Source: Alphaproteobacteria bacterium
GTDB lineage: Bacteria > Pseudomonadota > Alphaproteobacteria > GCA-2731375
Direction of reading: 5' to 3'
DNA length: 64,000 nucleotides
NCBI GenBank assembly: GCA_965232515.1
Contig: CBDDPY010000002.1
Location: 5,056,001 to 5,120,000 of the forward strand
The notes below the pieces were generated by a model. It saw only the letters and a list, made by a program, of their open reading frames with translations. It was not told the origin of the DNA and made no database searches. The position numbers and the translations under genes were made by a program. Shown in pieces: positions 38,687-54,588 of the stretch. Within the stretch, counting starts at the first letter, position 1, and each line of letters starts with the position of its first letter.

Positions 38687-39865
38687 TTGACCGCGCCGCA
38701 GGTCGTCAATGTCGGCGCGCGGCCGGTGCCGGCCGTTGTCGCGGCCCTGTCGCTAAACGCCATGCTGGGCTCGCTTTATGCCTGGAGCATCTTCGTGTTG
38801 CCGGTGGAGCGGGAACTCGGCGTCATGCGCGCGCAGTCGAGCGCGGTCTTCGCCACCGCCTTCATCTTCTTCGCCATCGGCGGCGTCGTCGCGCCCTACA
38901 CCTATCGGCGCGTCCGTCCGGCGCTGCTGATCGCCGCCGCCGCGGCAAGCTGCGCCGCCGGCCTGCTGCTGGCGGCCTCGGCGAGCGGCCTGACGGCGCT
39001 GGTTCTGGGCTATGGCCTGCTGTTCGGATTCGGCTCCGGCTTCGCCTATTGCACCACATTGCAGCTCGTGAACCTGGCGCTGCCCGATCGGCGCGGCCTT
39101 GCCACCGGCGCCGGCATCGCCGCCTTCGCCGTCGGATCGATCCTCGCCACGATCTTGCTGGCGCGGGCCGTCGACATGATGGGCGTGCGCGGTTCATTTA
39201 TGGCGCTGGCCGCGTTGTTCGTCGCGGTGGGCGTCGCGGCGGCCCTGCTGACGGCGGTCAGCGGGTTCGCCCTGCCCGGACTGACGCGGTGGGCCCGGCA
39301 GGCCGACGGCACGGGTCGCGGTGTCTTTCCGTTTCTTTGGGCCGGGTTCTTCCTGGCCTCGGCGGCCGGCGTGATGGCGATCGGCCACGCCGCCGCCATC
39401 GTCAGCCACTACGGTGGCGTTGCCGCGCTCGCCGTGCTGGGCACCGTACTGATCAATGCCGGCAATGCCGGCGGCCGTCTCGGCGCCGGTTGGTTGAGCG
39501 ATCACCGGCCGCCGGGTCACGTGGCCGCGGCCGCGCATGCTTGCGGTCTGGCCGGATTCGCCCTGCTGCTGGTTTGGCCCGGCGCGACGGCGGCGGTGGC
39601 GGCGCTGGCCCTGCTCGGGCTGTCCTACGGCGCCGCTTCGGGGGTCTATCCGGCCTGCCTGTCGCTCTATTTCGGCGCCGAGAGTTTCGGCCGCTACTTC
39701 GGGCCATTGCTCTCGGCCTGGGGCGTCGCCGGTCTGAGCGCGCCGTGGCTTGCCGGCGTGATCTTCGATCGTACCGGCGGCTATACCTTGGCCTTCCTGA
39801 TCGGCGGCGCCTGTGCGCTCGCCGGCATCGTTGTCGCGCTCCGCATACCGCGGCTGCAGCGCTGA
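38687..39865 (+). CDS. MFS transporter (OFA-like)
   Basis: LGSLYAWSIF, PDRRGLATG, NAGGRLGAGWLSD; ~12 TM segments. Confidence 0.85.
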   Translation: MTAPQVVNVGARPVPAVVAALSLNAMLGSLYAWSIFVLPVERELGVMRAQSSAVFATAFIFFAIGGVVAPYTYRRVRPALLIAAAAASCAAGLLLAASASGLTALVLGYGLLFGFGSGFAYCTTLQLVNLALPDRRGLATGAGIAAFAVGSILATILLARAVDMMGVRGSFMALAALFVAVGVAAALLTAVSGFALPGLTRWARQADGTGRGVFPFLWAGFFLASAAGVMAIGHAAAIVSHYGGVAALAVLGTVLINAGNAGGRLGAGWLSDHRPPGHVAAAAHACGLAGFALLLVWPGATAAVAALALLGLSYGAASGVYPACLSLYFGAESFGRYFGPLLSAWGVAGLSAPWLAGVIFDRTGGYTLAFLIGGACALAGIVVALRIPRLQR

Positions 39866-39931
39866 GAAATGGTCTGGTCCAGGCGGCCGTGATAGTTTGC
39901 GGCCGAGTTGGGACATTGGGAGGATGCCGAG

Positions 39932-41299
39932 ATGAACCTGCATAAGATGCTGCTGGCCCGGGCCGAGGCCGGCAATCCGGTCCGCGTCGGCCTGATCGGC
40001 GCCGGCAAGTTCGGCACCATGTATCTGGCCCAGGCGCGGACAACCGACGGTATCCACATCTATGGCATCGCCGACCTCAATCCCGACAACGCCAGGGCGG
40101 CGCTGCGCAAGACCGGCTGGGACGACGCGCAGTTCGCCGCGACCTCGTTCGATGACGCGCGTGCGTCCGGCGCCACCTTCATCACCGACGACTCTGAGGC
40201 CCTGATCAAGGCCGACGGTCTGGACGTGTTGATCGACGCCACCGGCGATCCCGGCGCCGGCATCCGGCATTGCCTGATGGGCATCGAGCACGGCCGGCAC
40301 GTGATCATGGTCAATGTCGAGGCCGACGTCGTTGCCGGCCCGCTGCTGGCGCGCAAGGCCGAGCAGGCCGGCGTGGTGTACAGCCTCGCCTATGGCGATC
40401 AGCCGGCGCTGATCTGCGAACATGTCGACTGGGCCCGCGCCGCCGGCTTCAAGGTGACCTGCGCCGGCAAGGGCACGCGTTATCACCCCTCGTTCCATCA
40501 ATCGACGCCCGACACGGTCTGGGACAATTTCGGCTGGGACCTGGACGTCGTGAAGCGCGGCGGTCTGAACCCGAAGATGTTCAACAGCTTTATCGACGGC
40601 ACCAAGTCGGGCATCGAGATGTCGGCGGTCTGCAACGCCACCGGCCTGACGCCGCAGCCGGGCGGCCTGAATTTCCCGCCGGCTTCGTTCAACGAGCTGG
40701 CCGAGGTCTGCAAGCCCAAGGCCGACGGCGGAACGGTCAGCCACGCCGGCACCACCGAAGTCGTCTCGTCAATCAACCGCGACATGAGCCCGATCCAGAA
40801 CCACCTGCAGGTCGGGACCTATGTGGTGGTCGAGACGGATGCGGATTACGTCCGCTACTGCTTTGAGGAATACACCATGCTGCCGGATTCGACGTTCAGG
40901 TTCTCGGCGCTCTACCGGCCGACGCACCTGATCGGCCTGGAGCTCGGCATCTCGGTCGCTTCCGCTGCACTGCGTGGCGAACCGACGGGCGCGCCCACCG
41001 GTTTCCGCGCCGACGTCGTTGCCACGGCGAAGCGGCCGCTGAAGGCCGGCGAAATGCTGGACGGCGAGGGCGGCTTCTGCGTCTGGGGCAAGCAGATGCC
41101 GGCGGCAGCGTCGCTGAAGATGGGCGGCCTGCCGCTCGGCCTTGCCCACAACGTGACGCTGAAACGCGACATCGCCGAGGGCGAGCAGCTGAGTTGGGCC
41201 GATGTCGATGCCGACGAGACCAGCGAAGCCGTGCGCGTGCGCCGCGAGATGGAGGCCGCTTTCGGCCGCCCGAACCAGGGCGAGCAGGCGGCCGAATAG
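39932..41299 (+). CDS. NAD(P)-dependent oxidoreductase (homoserine-dehydrogenase-like) with C-terminal SAF domain
   Basis: VGLIGAGKFG, MVNVEAD, YGDQPA, SFIDGTKS, DVVATAKR.L.AGE.LDGEGG. Confidence 0.88.
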   Translation: MNLHKMLLARAEAGNPVRVGLIGAGKFGTMYLAQARTTDGIHIYGIADLNPDNARAALRKTGWDDAQFAATSFDDARASGATFITDDSEALIKADGLDVLIDATGDPGAGIRHCLMGIEHGRHVIMVNVEADVVAGPLLARKAEQAGVVYSLAYGDQPALICEHVDWARAAGFKVTCAGKGTRYHPSFHQSTPDTVWDNFGWDLDVVKRGGLNPKMFNSFIDGTKSGIEMSAVCNATGLTPQPGGLNFPPASFNELAEVCKPKADGGTVSHAGTTEVVSSINRDMSPIQNHLQVGTYVVVETDADYVRYCFEEYTMLPDSTFRFSALYRPTHLIGLELGISVASAALRGEPTGAPTGFRADVVATAKRPLKAGEMLDGEGGFCVWGKQMPAAASLKMGGLPLGLAHNVTLKRDIAEGEQLSWADVDADETSEAVRVRREMEAAFGRPNQGEQAAE

Positions 41300-41379
41300 T
41301 GGCTTGCGCTCGGCTGGCGCGCGGGGTTTAGTGCGGGCGATTCAACCATGAGCCAGTGGCGCCGGAGGACGGCCGAACC

Positions 41380-42876
<1,497 letters not shown>

Positions 42877-42892
42877 CGTCCTTTCGAACCCC

Positions 42893-45194
<2,302 letters not shown>

Positions 45195-45331
45195 CGCCGG
45201 TCCGCCGTTAGTTGCGCGGTCGGTAACCCGGTTTTAAGTTTTTGCAACGCAAAAGTGCTAAGGCCGGGGACGGGCGTCGAGACCGGGGGTTGTCATCTCT
45301 CCCGTTCGGGAGACCTTAACAAAGGCTTAGC

Positions 45332-46501
45332 ATGAACATCCACGAGCATCAGGCGAAGGAAATCCTGGCCAAGTACGGCGTTACCGTGCCCCGCGGTCAA
45401 GTCGCGTATTCGGTGGACGAGGCCGTGAAAGCGGCCGAAAAGCTCGGCGGCCCGGTCTGGGTCGTGAAGGCGCAGATCCACGCCGGCGGCCGCGGCAAGG
45501 GCGGCGGCGTCAAGGTTGTGAAGTCGATCGACGAGGTGCGCAGCACGGCCGAAACGATGCTCGGCATGACGCTGGTCACGCACCAGACCGGTCCCGCCGG
45601 CAAGCAGGTCGGCCGACTCTATATCGAGGAAGGCTGCGACATCGCCCGCGAACTCTACTTGAGCGCGCTGGTCGATCGCGGCTCCAGCCGGGTCGCCTTC
45701 ATGGCCTCGACCGAGGGTGGCATGGATATCGAAGAGGTCGCGGCCAAGACGCCGGAAAAGATCATCACCGTGACGATCGATCCGGCCGTCGGCATGCAGG
45801 GCTTCTACGCCCGCCAGATTGCCTTCGGCCTCGGCCTGACCGGCGATCAGGTCCGCGCCGGGGTCAAGTTCATCAGCAGCCTCTACGACGCCATGGTCGA
45901 CACCGATGCCTCGATGCTGGAGATCAACCCGCTCGTGGTGACTGGCGACGGCGCCGTCATCGCGCTCGACGCGAAGATGAACTTCGACGACAACGCGCTC
46001 TATCGTCACAAGGATATCGAGGCGCTGCGCGACGAGACCGAGGAAGACCCGGCCGAGCTCGAAGCGGCGCAGTCGGAGCTGAACTACATCAAGCTAGACG
46101 GCAACATCGGTTGCATGGTCAACGGCGCGGGCCTCGCCATGGCAACCATGGACATTATCAAGTTGCGCGGCGGCGAGCCGGCGAACTTCCTCGACGTCGG
46201 CGGCGGCGCCACCAAGGAACGCGTCACCAAGGCCTTCAAGATCATCCTGTCCGACGACAACGTCGAGGGCATTCTGGTGAACATCTTCGGCGGCATCATG
46301 CGCTGCGACGTGATCGCCGAGGGCGTCGTCGCGGCGGCCAAGGAGGTCAGCCTGGACGTGCCCCTTGTCGTCCGGCTCGAGGGCACCAATGTCGATCTCG
46401 GAAAACAGATACTGGCGGATTCCGGCCTGCCGATCGTCTCGGCCGACGATCTCGGCGACGCCGCTGTCAAGATCGTCAAGGCCGTGAAGGAGGCTGCGTA
46501 A
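45332..46501 (+). CDS. sucC: Succinyl-CoA synthetase beta subunit
   Basis: [34 protein letters not shown]. Confidence 0.99.
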   Translation: MNIHEHQAKEILAKYGVTVPRGQVAYSVDEAVKAAEKLGGPVWVVKAQIHAGGRGKGGGVKVVKSIDEVRSTAETMLGMTLVTHQTGPAGKQVGRLYIEEGCDIARELYLSALVDRGSSRVAFMASTEGGMDIEEVAAKTPEKIITVTIDPAVGMQGFYARQIAFGLGLTGDQVRAGVKFISSLYDAMVDTDASMLEINPLVVTGDGAVIALDAKMNFDDNALYRHKDIEALRDETEEDPAELEAAQSELNYIKLDGNIGCMVNGAGLAMATMDIIKLRGGEPANFLDVGGGATKERVTKAFKIILSDDNVEGILVNIFGGIMRCDVIAEGVVAAAKEVSLDVPLVVRLEGTNVDLGKQILADSGLPIVSADDLGDAAVKIVKAVKEAA

Positions 46502-47376
46502 TGGCCGTCCTCGTCAATGCCGACACCAAGGTGATCTGCCAGGGCTTCACCGGCTCGCAGGGCACTTTCCATTCCGAGCAGGCGATCGCCTATGGCACCA
46601 AGATGGTCGGCGGCGTCACCCCGGGCAAAGGCGGCAGCAAGCATCTTGACCTGCCGGTGTTCAACACGGTTGCGGAGGCGGTGGCCGCCACCGGCGCCAA
46701 CGCCTCGGTGATCTACGTGCCGCCGCCGTTCGCGGCCGACGCCATCCTGGAAGCGATCGATGCCGAGGTCGAGCTGGCGGTCTGCATCACCGAGGGCATC
46801 CCGGTGCTGGACATGGTCAAGGTCAAGCGTGCGCTTGCCGGCTCGAAGACGCGGCTGATCGGTCCGAACTGCCCCGGCGTGATCACGCCGGATGCCTGCA
46901 AGATCGGCATCATGCCGGGCCATATCCATCAGCGCGGCAAGGTCGGCGTGGTCTCGCGCTCGGGCACGCTGACCTACGAGGCCGTCGGGCAAACGACGGC
47001 GGCGGGTCTGGGCCAGTCGACCTGCGTCGGCATCGGCGGCGATCCGGTCAACGGCACGAACTTTATCGACGTCCTTGAGATGTTCCTGGCCGACGATGAG
47101 ACCGAATGCATTATCATGATCGGCGAGATCGGCGGCTCGGCCGAAGAAGACGCAGCCGATTTCTTGAAACGCGCGGCCGTCAAGAAGCCCGTTGTCGGCT
47201 TTATCGCCGGCGTGACGGCGCCGCCCGGCCGGCGCATGGGCCATGCCGGCGCCATCATTTCCGGCGGCAAGGGTTCGGCGGACGACAAGATGGAGGCCAT
47301 GCGCAGCGCCGGTATCACCGTGGCGGACTCGCCGGCAGAGCTGGGCGCCACCATGTTGAGAGTTTTGCAAGGTTAA
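46501..47376 (+). CDS. sucD: Succinyl-CoA synthetase alpha subunit
   Basis: [26 protein letters not shown]. Confidence 0.99.
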   Translation: MAVLVNADTKVICQGFTGSQGTFHSEQAIAYGTKMVGGVTPGKGGSKHLDLPVFNTVAEAVAATGANASVIYVPPPFAADAILEAIDAEVELAVCITEGIPVLDMVKVKRALAGSKTRLIGPNCPGVITPDACKIGIMPGHIHQRGKVGVVSRSGTLTYEAVGQTTAAGLGQSTCVGIGGDPVNGTNFIDVLEMFLADDETECIIMIGEIGGSAEEDAADFLKRAAVKKPVVGFIAGVTAPPGRRMGHAGAIISGGKGSADDKMEAMRSAGITVADSPAELGATMLRVLQG

Positions 47377-47461
47377 GCGACGTAAAAGGGAAGGTCTGAC
47401 CGGTCAGTCGGGGGTCGTTGACAGCAAAAGGGGCGCGCCAGAACGCGCGCCGGGCAAGATC

Positions 47462-50389
47462 ATGGCGACAAATCTGGAAACGACGTCGTTCCTCAGCGGC
47501 ACGAACAGCGTTTTCATCGAACAGCTCTATCAGCGTTATCTGAACAATCCCTCCTCCGTCGACCCGAGCTGGCAGGAGTTCTTCGCCGGCCTGGGCGAGG
47601 AGGTCGAGGCGGTGCTGGCCGAGGCGCAGGGCGCCAGCTGGTCGCCGCGCTCGGGCCTGGAAGTCCCGCCGGACGAATACGGCGTGGTCAGCGAGACCGA
47701 TACCTACGCGGCGGGGGCGCCCTATGTTCCGCATGTCGGGCCGGCCGTCTCGGCGGGGCATGTGCGACAGGCGACGCTGAACTCGATCCGCGCGCTGATG
47801 CTGATCCGGGCCTATCGCGTTCGCGGCCATCTGCAGGCGAACCTGGACCCGCTGGGCATCATGCAGCGCAGCGATCATCCGGAGCTCGACCCCAAGACCT
47901 ATGGCTTCACCGACGACGACCTGAACCGCCCGATCTTTATCAACTACGTCCTGGGCCTGGAATCGGCGACGCTGCGCGAGATCGTCGAGATCGTCAATCG
48001 CACCTACAGCAGTACGATCGGCGTCGAGTTCATGCACATGTCGGGGCCGGAGGAAAAGGCCTGGATCCAGGAACGCATCGAGGGGCCGCAGAAATCGATC
48101 AGCCTGAACGTGCATGAAAGGCGGGCGCTGCTGCGCAAGCTGACCGAGGCCGAGGGCTTCGAGAAGTTCCTGCACGTGAAGTATACCGGCACCAAGCGTT
48201 TCGGCCTGGACGGCTCGGAGACCTTGATGCCGCTGCTGGACGCGATCTGCGAACGCTCGGCCCAGATGGGCGTCAACGAGGTCTGCGTCGGCATGCCGCA
48301 CCGCGGCCGCCTGAACGTATTGTCGAACTTCATGATGAAGCCGTTCACGGCGATCTTCTCGGAATTCCAGGGCAACGCCGCGAACCCGGAAGACGTCGGC
48401 GGCTCCGGCGACGTGAAATACCATCTCGGCACGTCCGCCGACCGCGAGTTCGGCGGCCGCATGGTGCACCTGTCGCTGTCCGCCAATCCCTCGCATCTGG
48501 AAGCGGTCGATCCGGTCGTGCTGGGCAAGGCGCGGGCGAAGCAGACCCAGATCGGCGACCATGACCGCAACGAGGTCATGGGCCTGCTGATGCATGGCGA
48601 TGCCGCCTTTGCCGGCCAGGGACTGGTGGCCGAGTGCCTGATGCTGTCGGACCTGCCGGGTTACTCCACCGGTGGCACCATCCACGTCATCATCAACAAC
48701 CAGATCGGCTTCACCACAAATCCGAACCTCGGCCGCTCGTCGCCCTATCCGTCCGATGTGGCGAAGACGGTCAACGCGCCGGTGTTCCACGTGAACGGCG
48801 ACGATCCAGAGGCCGTGATCCATGTCGGCCATATCGCCGCCGAGTTCCGCCTGCGGTTCCAGCGCGATGTCGTCATCGACATGTTCTGTTATCGCCGGCA
48901 TGGCCACAACGAAGGCGACGAGCCGGCCTTTACCCAGCCGCTGATGTACCGCGCCATCGCCCAGCATCCGACGGTGCGGCAGGTCTATGCCGGGAAGCTG
49001 GTCGCGGAAAATGTCGTCACCCAGCCGGAAGCCGACACCATGGTGTCCGACTTCCAGGCTCGGCTCGAGCAGGAATTCGAGGCCGCCAGCGGCTACAAGC
49101 CGAACAAAGCGGACTGGCTGGAAGGCGCCTGGTCCGGGATCGAACGGGCCAAGGGCGAGGCGCGCCGCGGCGACACGGCGGTCAAGCTGGCGGCGCTGAA
49201 AAAGATCGGCGACCGGCTGACGACCGTGCCGAACGATTTCAACGCGCATCGCACCATCCGCCGGCTGCTGGACAACAAGAAGAAGATGTTCGATGCCGGC
49301 GAGGGCTTCGACTGGGCGACGGCCGAGGCGCTGGCCTTCGGCTCGTTGCTGCTGGAAGGCTATTCAGTCCGGTTGTCGGGTCAGGACTCGGCCCGCGGCA
49401 CCTTCTCGCAGCGCCATGCCGACCTGATCGATCAGAAGGACGAGCGGATCTACACCCCGCTTAACAATATCGATGCCAAGCAGTCGCGGTTCGAGGTCAT
49501 CAACAGCCCGCTCTCGGAAGCGGCCGTATTGGGCTACGAATACGGCTACAGCCTGACCGATCCGCAATGCCTGGTTATGTGGGAAGCCCAGTTCGGCGAT
49601 TTCGCCAACGGCGCCCAGGTCATCGTCGACCAGTTCATCTCCTCGGCCGAAATGAAGTGGCTGCGCATGAGCGGCCTCGTCATGCTGCTGCCGCACGGCT
49701 TCGAGGGACAGGGGCCGGAGCACTCCTCGGCCCGGCTCGAGCGCTATCTGCAGCTGTGCGCCGAAGACAATATGCAGGTCGCCTATTGCACGACGCCGGC
49801 GAACTACTTCCACGTCCTACGCCGGCAGCTGCACCGGCAGTTCCGCAAGCCGCTGATCCTGATGACGCCGAAGTCGCTGTTGCGGCACAAGCGCGCCGTC
49901 AGCAAGTTGAGCGAGATGGGTCCGGGGTCGACCTTCCATCGCGTCTACTGGGACGATCTGGAAACCTGCGGCGACAAATCGCTGGCGCCGGACGAGAAGA
50001 TCCGCCGCGTCGTGCTGTGCTCGGGCAAGGTCTACTACGACCTGTTCGAAGAGCGCGAAAAGGCGAAACGCAAGGGCGTCTACTTGATGCGTCTGGAGCA
50101 GCTTTATCCGTTCCCGAAGCGGCCGCTGGCGAAGGAGCTGGCGCGGTTCCCGAATGCCGAAATCTACTGGTGTCAGGAAGAGCCGCAGAATATGGGCGCC
50201 TGGTGGTTCGTGAAGCCACGGGTCGAGCAGGTTCTGAAGCAGCTCGACCACAAATGCAGTGTCATGAAGTATGCCGGGCGGCCGGAATCGGCCGCCACCG
50301 CCACGGGCTTGCTGCGGGTGCATAACGAGGAGCAGTCGCGCCTGCTGCGCGAGGCGCTGGGCGGCAGGGCCCAGGAAGACAGGACGTAA
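47462..50389 (+). CDS. sucA: 2-oxoglutarate dehydrogenase E1
   Basis: [40 protein letters not shown]. Confidence 0.99.
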   Translation: MATNLETTSFLSGTNSVFIEQLYQRYLNNPSSVDPSWQEFFAGLGEEVEAVLAEAQGASWSPRSGLEVPPDEYGVVSETDTYAAGAPYVPHVGPAVSAGHVRQATLNSIRALMLIRAYRVRGHLQANLDPLGIMQRSDHPELDPKTYGFTDDDLNRPIFINYVLGLESATLREIVEIVNRTYSSTIGVEFMHMSGPEEKAWIQERIEGPQKSISLNVHERRALLRKLTEAEGFEKFLHVKYTGTKRFGLDGSETLMPLLDAICERSAQMGVNEVCVGMPHRGRLNVLSNFMMKPFTAIFSEFQGNAANPEDVGGSGDVKYHLGTSADREFGGRMVHLSLSANPSHLEAVDPVVLGKARAKQTQIGDHDRNEVMGLLMHGDAAFAGQGLVAECLMLSDLPGYSTGGTIHVIINNQIGFTTNPNLGRSSPYPSDVAKTVNAPVFHVNGDDPEAVIHVGHIAAEFRLRFQRDVVIDMFCYRRHGHNEGDEPAFTQPLMYRAIAQHPTVRQVYAGKLVAENVVTQPEADTMVSDFQARLEQEFEAASGYKPNKADWLEGAWSGIERAKGEARRGDTAVKLAALKKIGDRLTTVPNDFNAHRTIRRLLDNKKKMFDAGEGFDWATAEALAFGSLLLEGYSVRLSGQDSARGTFSQRHADLIDQKDERIYTPLNNIDAKQSRFEVINSPLSEAAVLGYEYGYSLTDPQCLVMWEAQFGDFANGAQVIVDQFISSAEMKWLRMSGLVMLLPHGFEGQGPEHSSARLERYLQLCAEDNMQVAYCTTPANYFHVLRRQLHRQFRKPLILMTPKSLLRHKRAVSKLSEMGPGSTFHRVYWDDLETCGDKSLAPDEKIRRVVLCSGKVYYDLFEEREKAKRKGVYLMRLEQLYPFPKRPLAKELARFPNAEIYWCQEEPQNMGAWWFVKPRVEQVLKQLDHKCSVMKYAGRPESAATATGLLRVHNEEQSRLLREALGGRAQEDRT

Positions 50390-50394
50390 CGGTC

Positions 50395-51720
50395 ATGATC
50401 GATATCAGTGTTCCCACCCTCGGCGAGTCAGTGACCGAGGCGACGGTCGCCCAGTGGTTCAAGCAGCCGGGCGATCAGGTCGAGCGCGACGAGGTGCTGG
50501 TCGAGTTGGAAACCGACAAGGTTGCGGTCGAGGTGCCGGCGCCCGCCGCCGGCACGCTGTCGGAGATCCTGGCCGAACCCGGCGCCAACGTCGCCGTCGG
50601 CGGCCTGCTGGCGCGCATCGACGAAAGCCAGGCCGGCGCGCCGGCCCCCGCGCCCGCCGCCGTGCCGGAACCCGTGGCGGCCGAGGCTGCGCCGGTTGCT
50701 GCCGCGGCCGCCGCGCCTGCGGCGCCGCCACCGCCGGCCGCGCCGGTCGCGACTGCGTCGGCCACGACGACGGCGCCGCTGTCGCCGGCCGTGCGTCGGC
50801 TGGTCGAGGAACACAATCTCGACGCCGCGCAGATCCCGGCGACCGGCAAGGGCGGCCGTCTGGTCAAGGACGACGTGCAGCGGTTCATCGCCAGCCTGAC
50901 ACAGCCCGTGGCGCCGGCACCCGCCCCCGCCGCACCGGCCCAGCCGGCCGCGCCCAGCGCCCCGCCGGCGGCGAAGCCGGCGCCGGTCGTGCATGCGACC
51001 GAGGGCGCGCGGCCGAACGCCGCGCGCGAGGAAATCGTGCGCATGACGCGGCTGCGTCAGCGCATCGCCGAACGTCTGAAGGACGCGCAGAACACGGCGG
51101 CCATGCTGACCACCTTCAACGAGGTGGACATGACCGCGGTGATGGCGGCGCGCAAGCAGTACCGCGATCTGTTCGAGCGCAAGCACAACGTGCGCCTCGG
51201 CTTCATGAGCTTCTTCGTGCGCGCCTGCGTGCTGGCCCTCAAGGAGGTGCCGGCCGTCAACGGCGAGATCGACGGCGAGAACATCGTCTACAAGAACTAC
51301 TACAACATCGGTGTCGCCGTGGGCACGCCGCAGGGGCTGGTCGTGCCGGTGCTGAAGGACGCCGACCAGATGGACTTTGCCGACGTCGAGTCGACGATCA
51401 ACGATTTCGGCCGCCGCGCCCGCGACGGCAAGCTGTCGATCGACGAGATGCAGGGCGGCACCTTCACGATTTCGAACGGCGGCGTCTACGGCTCGCTGAT
51501 GTCGATGCCGATCCTGAATCCGCCGCAATCCGGCATCCTGGGCATGCACAAGATCCAGGAACGGCCGATGGTGGTCGACGGCGAGGTCAAGGTCCGGCCG
51601 ATGATGTATCTGGCGCTGTCCTACGATCACCGCATCATCGACGGTCGCGAGGCCGTGACCTTCCTGGTGCGGGTCAAGGAGTGTATCGAGTCGCCCGAGC
51701 GGCTCATGCTGGGCATCTGA
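50395..51720 (+). CDS. sucB: Dihydrolipoamide succinyltransferase E2
   Basis: Lipoyl ETDKV, E3-binding [26 protein letters not shown]. Confidence 0.98.
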   Translation: MIDISVPTLGESVTEATVAQWFKQPGDQVERDEVLVELETDKVAVEVPAPAAGTLSEILAEPGANVAVGGLLARIDESQAGAPAPAPAAVPEPVAAEAAPVAAAAAAPAAPPPPAAPVATASATTTAPLSPAVRRLVEEHNLDAAQIPATGKGGRLVKDDVQRFIASLTQPVAPAPAPAAPAQPAAPSAPPAAKPAPVVHATEGARPNAAREEIVRMTRLRQRIAERLKDAQNTAAMLTTFNEVDMTAVMAARKQYRDLFERKHNVRLGFMSFFVRACVLALKEVPAVNGEIDGENIVYKNYYNIGVAVGTPQGLVVPVLKDADQMDFADVESTINDFGRRARDGKLSIDEMQGGTFTISNGGVYGSLMSMPILNPPQSGILGMHKIQERPMVVDGEVKVRPMMYLALSYDHRIIDGREAVTFLVRVKECIESPERLMLGI

Positions 51721-51745
51721 TCGTCACCAACGCCGGGAGCGCGCC

Positions 51746-53155
51746 ATGAGTGAAGAAAAGTTCGATGTGGTCTTCATCGGCGCCGGCCCCGGCGGCTATA
51801 TCGGCGCGATCAAGGCGGCGCAACTCGGCCTGAAGACCGCCTGCGTCGAAGCGCGCGGCAGCCTGGGCGGCACCTGTCTGAATGTCGGCTGCATTCCGTC
51901 GAAGGCGCTGCTGGAATCGTCGCACCATTTCGCCGCCGCCAAAGACATGGCCACGCACGGCATCAAGCTGCCCAACGTTGAGCTCGACCTGCCGACCATG
52001 CTGAAGCGCAAAGACGACGTCGTGGGCACGCTGACCAAGGGCATCGCCGGCCTGTTCAAGCAGAACAAGGTCGAGGACGTCAGAGGCTTCGGCAAGATCG
52101 TCGCCGCCGATAAGGTGGAAGTCGCCTTGGATGACGGCGGCACGCGGGTGCTGGAAACCGAAAACATCGTCATCGCCACCGGCTCGGAAGTGGCGACGCT
52201 GCCCGGCATCGAGATCGACGAGAAGACCATCGTCTCGTCGACCGGCGCGCTGACGCTGGAGAAGGTACCGGAGCATTTCGTCGTCATCGGCGGCGGCTAT
52301 ATCGGCCTCGAGATGGGTTCGGTCTGGGGCCGGCTCGGCGCCAAGGTGACGGTGGTCGAATTCCTCGACCGCATCACGCCGACCATGGACGCTGAGCTGT
52401 CGAAGCAGTTCCAGCGCATCCTTCGCCGCCAGGGCTTCGCGTTCAAGCTCGGCACCAAGGTCACCGAGGCCAAGAAGAACGGCAAGAACATCGAGCTGAC
52501 GCTGGAGCCGGCGGCCGGCGGCGAGGCCGAGAGCCTGAGCTGCGATGTCGTCCTTGTCGCGGTCGGGCGACGGCCGTTCACCGAAGGCCTGGGTCTGGCC
52601 GAGGTCGGGGTCAAGGTCGACAATCGCGGCTTCGTGCCCGTGGACGGCGACTTTCAGACCAATGTCGCCGGGATCTTCGCGATCGGCGATGTGCTGCCCG
52701 ACCGGCCGATGTTGGCGCACAAGGCCGAGGAGGAAGGCGTCGCCGTGGCCGAACTGATCGCCGGCCATACGGCGCACGTGAACTACGACGCCATTCCGGG
52801 CGTGGTCTACACCTGGCCGGAGGTCGCGTCGGTCGGCAAGACCGAGGAAGAGCTGAAAGAGGCCGGCATCAAATACAGTTCCGGCAAGTTCCCGTTCATG
52901 GCCAACAGCCGGGCGCGGGCCAGCGGCGACAGCGACGGTTTCGTCAAGATCCTGGCCGACGCCGAGACCGACCGGGTGCTGGGCGCGCATATCATCGGCC
53001 CCAATGCCGGCACGATGATCGCCGAGCTGGTGCTGGCGATGGAATACGGCGCCAGCACGGAAGACATTTACCGCACCTGCCACGCGCACCCGACGCTCAA
53101 CGAGGCGGTCAAGGAAGCCGCGCTCGCCGTCGCCGGCAAGCCCCTCAACATTTAG
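51746..53155 (+). CDS. lpdA: Dihydrolipoamide dehydrogenase E3
   Basis: [21 protein letters not shown]. Confidence 0.98.
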   Translation: MSEEKFDVVFIGAGPGGYIGAIKAAQLGLKTACVEARGSLGGTCLNVGCIPSKALLESSHHFAAAKDMATHGIKLPNVELDLPTMLKRKDDVVGTLTKGIAGLFKQNKVEDVRGFGKIVAADKVEVALDDGGTRVLETENIVIATGSEVATLPGIEIDEKTIVSSTGALTLEKVPEHFVVIGGGYIGLEMGSVWGRLGAKVTVVEFLDRITPTMDAELSKQFQRILRRQGFAFKLGTKVTEAKKNGKNIELTLEPAAGGEAESLSCDVVLVAVGRRPFTEGLGLAEVGVKVDNRGFVPVDGDFQTNVAGIFAIGDVLPDRPMLAHKAEEEGVAVAELIAGHTAHVNYDAIPGVVYTWPEVASVGKTEEELKEAGIKYSSGKFPFMANSRARASGDSDGFVKILADAETDRVLGAHIIGPNAGTMIAELVLAMEYGASTEDIYRTCHAHPTLNEAVKEAALAVAGKPLNI

Positions 53156-53184
53156 CGTATCCCCAACGTCCAAGCGTGGTAGCG

Positions 53185-53295
53185 CATGCTTCGAGACGCC
53201 GGCTTCGCCGGCGCCGCTAGCATGAGGTAAGGTACTGATATCAATAACAAACCTCATCATCCTGAGGTGCGGAGCGAAGCGGAGCCTCGAAGGAT
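53185..53295. repeat. Composite palindromic element (inverted REP pair plus AT-rich core), copy 2
   Basis: CTTCGAGACGCCGGCTTCGCCGGCG..CATGAGG, core TGAGGTAAGGTACTGATATCAATAACAAACCTCA, TCATCCTGAGG..CCTCGAAGGAT. Confidence 0.85.
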
Positions 53296-53334
53296 CGGCC
53301 ATCGCGTTCTGATCAATTCGACCCGGAATGACGA

Positions 53335-54588
53335 TTGTCATTCCGCATCGCGTTTGCGTTAGGTACGGCGATGCCCAGCGCCGGATTGATCGCGTTCATG
53401 TGCCTGACGCAGGTCGTCGGCATGTTGAGTTTCGCGACCTTTTCGGCCCTGCTGCCCACCTTTATCGACATCTGGTCGATCACGGGAACCGAGGCCGGCT
53501 GGCTGTCGGGCCTGTTCTATGCCGGCTATATGCTGGCCGTGCCGGTGTTGTCGGGACTGACAGACCGGATCGACGCGCGCCGCGTCTATCTCTGGAGCAT
53601 GGCGCTGACGGCCGCCGCGACGCTTGCCTTCGCGTTGCTCGCCGACGGCTTCTGGAGCGCCGTGCCGTTGCGGCTGCTGGCTGGCGCCGGTCTGGCCGGC
53701 ACCTATATGCCGGGCTTGAAGGCGCTGACCGACCGGCTGCCCGACGGCGCGCAGCCGCGCGCGGTCTCCTTCTACACGGCCAGCTTCGCCATCGGCTCAA
53801 GTCTGTCCTACCTGTTCGCCGGCGAGGTCGCGGCCGGGCTCGGCTGGCGCTGGGCCTTTGCGCTGCCCGCGGTGGGGATCGCCCTCTCGTTCCTGGTTGC
53901 TTACCTGATCCTGCGTCCGCGGCCGGTGGAGATCCCGGCCGGCGACGCCGAGACCTGGCTGCTCGATTTCCGGCCGGTGCTGCGGAACCGCGAGGCCATG
54001 GGCTACATCCTGGCCTACGCCGCGCATAACTGGGAGCTGTTCGGCTTCCGCTCCTGGATCGTCGTTTTCCTCGTGTTCAGCGCCAGCCTGCAGCCGGACG
54101 CGGCCGCCGGCTGGTGGGCGGCGACGACCATCGCCGCCGGCCTCAACCTGCTCGGCATGCCGTCGAGCGTGATCGGCAACGAGGTCGCGACACGCCTCGG
54201 CCGGCGCCGCGTCGTCGTCGCCATGATGCTGTGCTCGCTGACGATCGCCTGCCTGGTCGGCTTCGCGGCGGCGCTGCCGTTCGCGCTTGTCGTCGGGCTC
54301 TGCGTGCTGCACGCCGTGTTCATCACTTGCGATTCCGCCTCGATCACCACGGGCACGGTTCAGGCCGCGACGCCCGAGCGCAAGGGCGCGACCATGGCGC
54401 TGCATTCGTTCATCGGCTTCGCGCTGGCGTTTCTGGGCTCGCTGGCCCCTGGCGTCGTGCTCGATCTCGCCGGCGGCGCCGAAAGCCAGCTCGCCTGGGG
54501 CCTGGCCTTCGCCACCATGGGCGCCGGCCTGCTGCTCGGGCCGCTGGCGTTGTTCCTGCTGGCGAAGGGACGGTCGACGGCCGGCTAA
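53335..54588 (+). CDS. MFS transporter (start may be ATG 53371)
   Basis: LTDRIDARR motif A, GLAGTYMPGLK, HNWELFG; ~12 TM segments. Confidence 0.88.
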   Translation: MSFRIAFALGTAMPSAGLIAFMCLTQVVGMLSFATFSALLPTFIDIWSITGTEAGWLSGLFYAGYMLAVPVLSGLTDRIDARRVYLWSMALTAAATLAFALLADGFWSAVPLRLLAGAGLAGTYMPGLKALTDRLPDGAQPRAVSFYTASFAIGSSLSYLFAGEVAAGLGWRWAFALPAVGIALSFLVAYLILRPRPVEIPAGDAETWLLDFRPVLRNREAMGYILAYAAHNWELFGFRSWIVVFLVFSASLQPDAAAGWWAATTIAAGLNLLGMPSSVIGNEVATRLGRRRVVVAMMLCSLTIACLVGFAAALPFALVVGLCVLHAVFITCDSASITTGTVQAATPERKGATMALHSFIGFALAFLGSLAPGVVLDLAGGAESQLAWGLAFATMGAGLLLGPLALFLLAKGRSTAG

